From Nageia nagi (lineage: Eukaryota; Plantae; Pinophyta): a stretch of 64,000 bases of DNA. Both the position numbers and the translations under genes were made by a program. The stretch covers positions 101,246,001 through 101,310,000 of the forward strand of contig JBITNC010000001.1 in NCBI GenBank assembly GCA_050084985.1, given 5' to 3'. Every line of letters begins with the position of its first letter. The first letter of the stretch is position 1. Shown here piece by piece: positions 61,928-64,000 of the stretch. The notes beneath the pieces are model-generated. The model made no database searches. It was not told the origin of the DNA and worked only from the letters and a program-made list of their open reading frames with translations.

Positions 61928-64000
61928 TGTAATGACCCTATTTTTAAGAATATCTTGCATTTGGTATTTTCCACAAATCTTTTCTCCTACAAGTCAGATA
62001 TGGTTGTTGCACCTTCAAAATTGGATAGAGCATCTCGTGGCATTTGTTTTAAGTGGTCACATGACCCCTTTTGGACAAGAAATGAAGGAGTTATGGCTAC
62101 TTGAAGTTCGCCAATCGGACCAGTCTTCCATATCGCGCCTACACACGAAAATCCACTTAACTTAGTGGATTTTTACTTAAAAGTGCAATGTTGAATTATA
62201 ATAAACTTTTATGTTATTCTAATATTATTTTAAGTACTTTTATTTGTAATAAGGCCAATCAATGGCTTAGATTAGCTTAGAGGGGTCAATGCAAGATTAG
62301 GGTTGGAGTCTATATAAGGAGATGCAACACTTCATTTTGGGTATGTTATGTGATATGAGAATTGAATATTGAAACCCTAGAGTTTCCGTGAGTTGAGATT
62401 GCAGGTCTTGCTCATTCCCATAGTGCATTGGAGGTGCATGGTTGGGGACTTGGCAATATCATTGAAGGTGTTATTGCCCTAAAATATCGAAAATACAAAA
62501 AGAGGAATCTATGAGTGGTTCGTGGCATTTCTTTTGTGGAGGGATTCACTCAGTTTGGAAAGTTTGTAGCTACATTTTTAGTTTCGTGAGGATTTCATTT
62601 GTCCATTCTAGCTTTGTATTGAGGGTTTGCTAGAAATAAAGAAATAAAAATAAAAGGAACATCACAAGTGGTATCAGAGCTTGGATCTTGCCAACCTGTG
62701 GTTAGATCTAACATTTTTCAAAGATTTGGAGTTAATGTTTTTGCAAAAAATTTAGATCTTCAGTTTCTAGCATTTGGGTGTTGAATATTTTTGGGGGATC
62801 TAATAAATCAAGGAGGTTTGCATTTTAAAAGCAATTTTTCAAGGTTAAAAGGCATTTTTTAAAGAAAATTGCATTCCTAGACTAAGCCGTCTAGGGTTGA
62901 GAGATAAGAATTGCAAGATTGAAAGCTATTTTCAAACATAGAAAGTCTTGATCTATTATTCTAGCTAGTCAGAAAAATTTTGCTCAAGGATTCTAGGCAG
63001 AATTGGAGTTTTGAGTAAAAAAATTCTGCGGAATTTTCAGATCTAGCATTTTTCAGTGTTTTTCAATTGTGGGTATCTCAATTTCAAGTTTTTCAGAATT
63101 AGGGTTGCCAATTTTATAGTGAAAATCATTTTGGGTATTGCAGATTGTTGGTAATTTGTTTGCTTGCAGAAAGAAACCCTAATTTCGTGGGTATCAGGAA
63201 ATCCTATTTTGAGGGGCCATTTGAGGCCAATTTTGGAGTTGCAGCATCAGATCCAGCATACTAAGCTGAACATCTAACCCTAAGGGGTATTTTTCAACAC
63301 TTTGTATGCAGTTTTAAGCTTTTAGAAGGGTTTTTTAGAGGAAAAACAAGAAGGTGACGTTTTTGAAGATTCAGTTAGTTGGATGGGTTTTAAGGTTGAT
63401 GTTTGCTAAGAGTGGATCATGGAGCTATTCAGGAGAAAAGAGAATGAGCAGAAGTTGGATGCAATGATTGTTTTGATGCAAAAGATGGTGACATTAGAGG
63501 AAGCAAATAGACAAGCAATAGTGACATTAAAAAGGGTAAACATGCAACAAAATGGAACCAATGAACCTAAGGGAGAGAAAAGACAAGTGCAACAAAAAAT
63601 GACCATTCCCACCTTTAATGGTCAAGATAGTTTATCAACTTTGGGAAAAACAGAGAAAGCTGAAATTTTCCATAAAAAAGAAGAGCTTGAGGAGAATTGT
63701 GCAAAAAAGTTTGAAGTTGTTCCTACCATTGAAAAAGAGGAAAGGGGCCAAAAAAAATTTTGAAGAAAATGCAAGTAGTGAAGACATTTCAGCAATGGAG
63801 CATGGTTCGTCTAGCATGATTGATTTCACTCAAGAGATTGGTGATAGAGATGCTACTCTCCCACTTGAGGTATGTTTGAAAGAGAACCAAAATACTTCCT
63901 TTTGTACATTTATACCTACACATGTTGAAAATGAATTCAATGAGAAACATGATGCTCATGATTTGGGAAAAGAGTTAGAGAATGTTTCAAATTTGTTTTT
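61928..64000 (+). mobile_element. Element D2: young copy of the D family inserted in inverted orientation into the D1 leader (runs off the window)
   Basis: 5' LTR 61928-62666 (TGTAATG...ATCACA); PBS TGGTATCAGAGC 62669-62680; ORF from 63419 near identical to D1 but frameshifted in an A-run at ~63750. Confidence 0.92.

Overview
AT-rich, TE-saturated plant nuclear DNA; gene structure and TE families suggest a gymnosperm/conifer (inference). The only host gene visible is the 3' half of a minus-strand receptor-like Ser/Thr kinase (CRPK1/LRR-VIII/DUF26-like), with a 151-bp exon at 53385-53535 and a terminal exon starting at 7759. These are separated by a 45.6-kb intron, and the C-terminal tail carries a premature stop and a frameshift. 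The intron holds a four-deep nest (11010-39056) of related 5-8 kb elements with TGTTG...CAACA termini and 5-bp TSDs. They have no internal LTR pair and no gag/pol/transposase, but each carries one large accessory ORF and a family-specific tandem array; they are best read as giant gene-carrying solo LTRs. Also present: non-autonomous Gypsy elements (one complete gag-PR element and an inverted young pair), a Copia remnant and solo LTR, L1 LINEs (one with RNase H plus an extra downstream ORF), a non-L1 LINE tail, two SINEs, and hAT and Mutator MITEs. Boundaries were read by eye from TSDs, TIRs and reading-frame continuity; no database searches were run.
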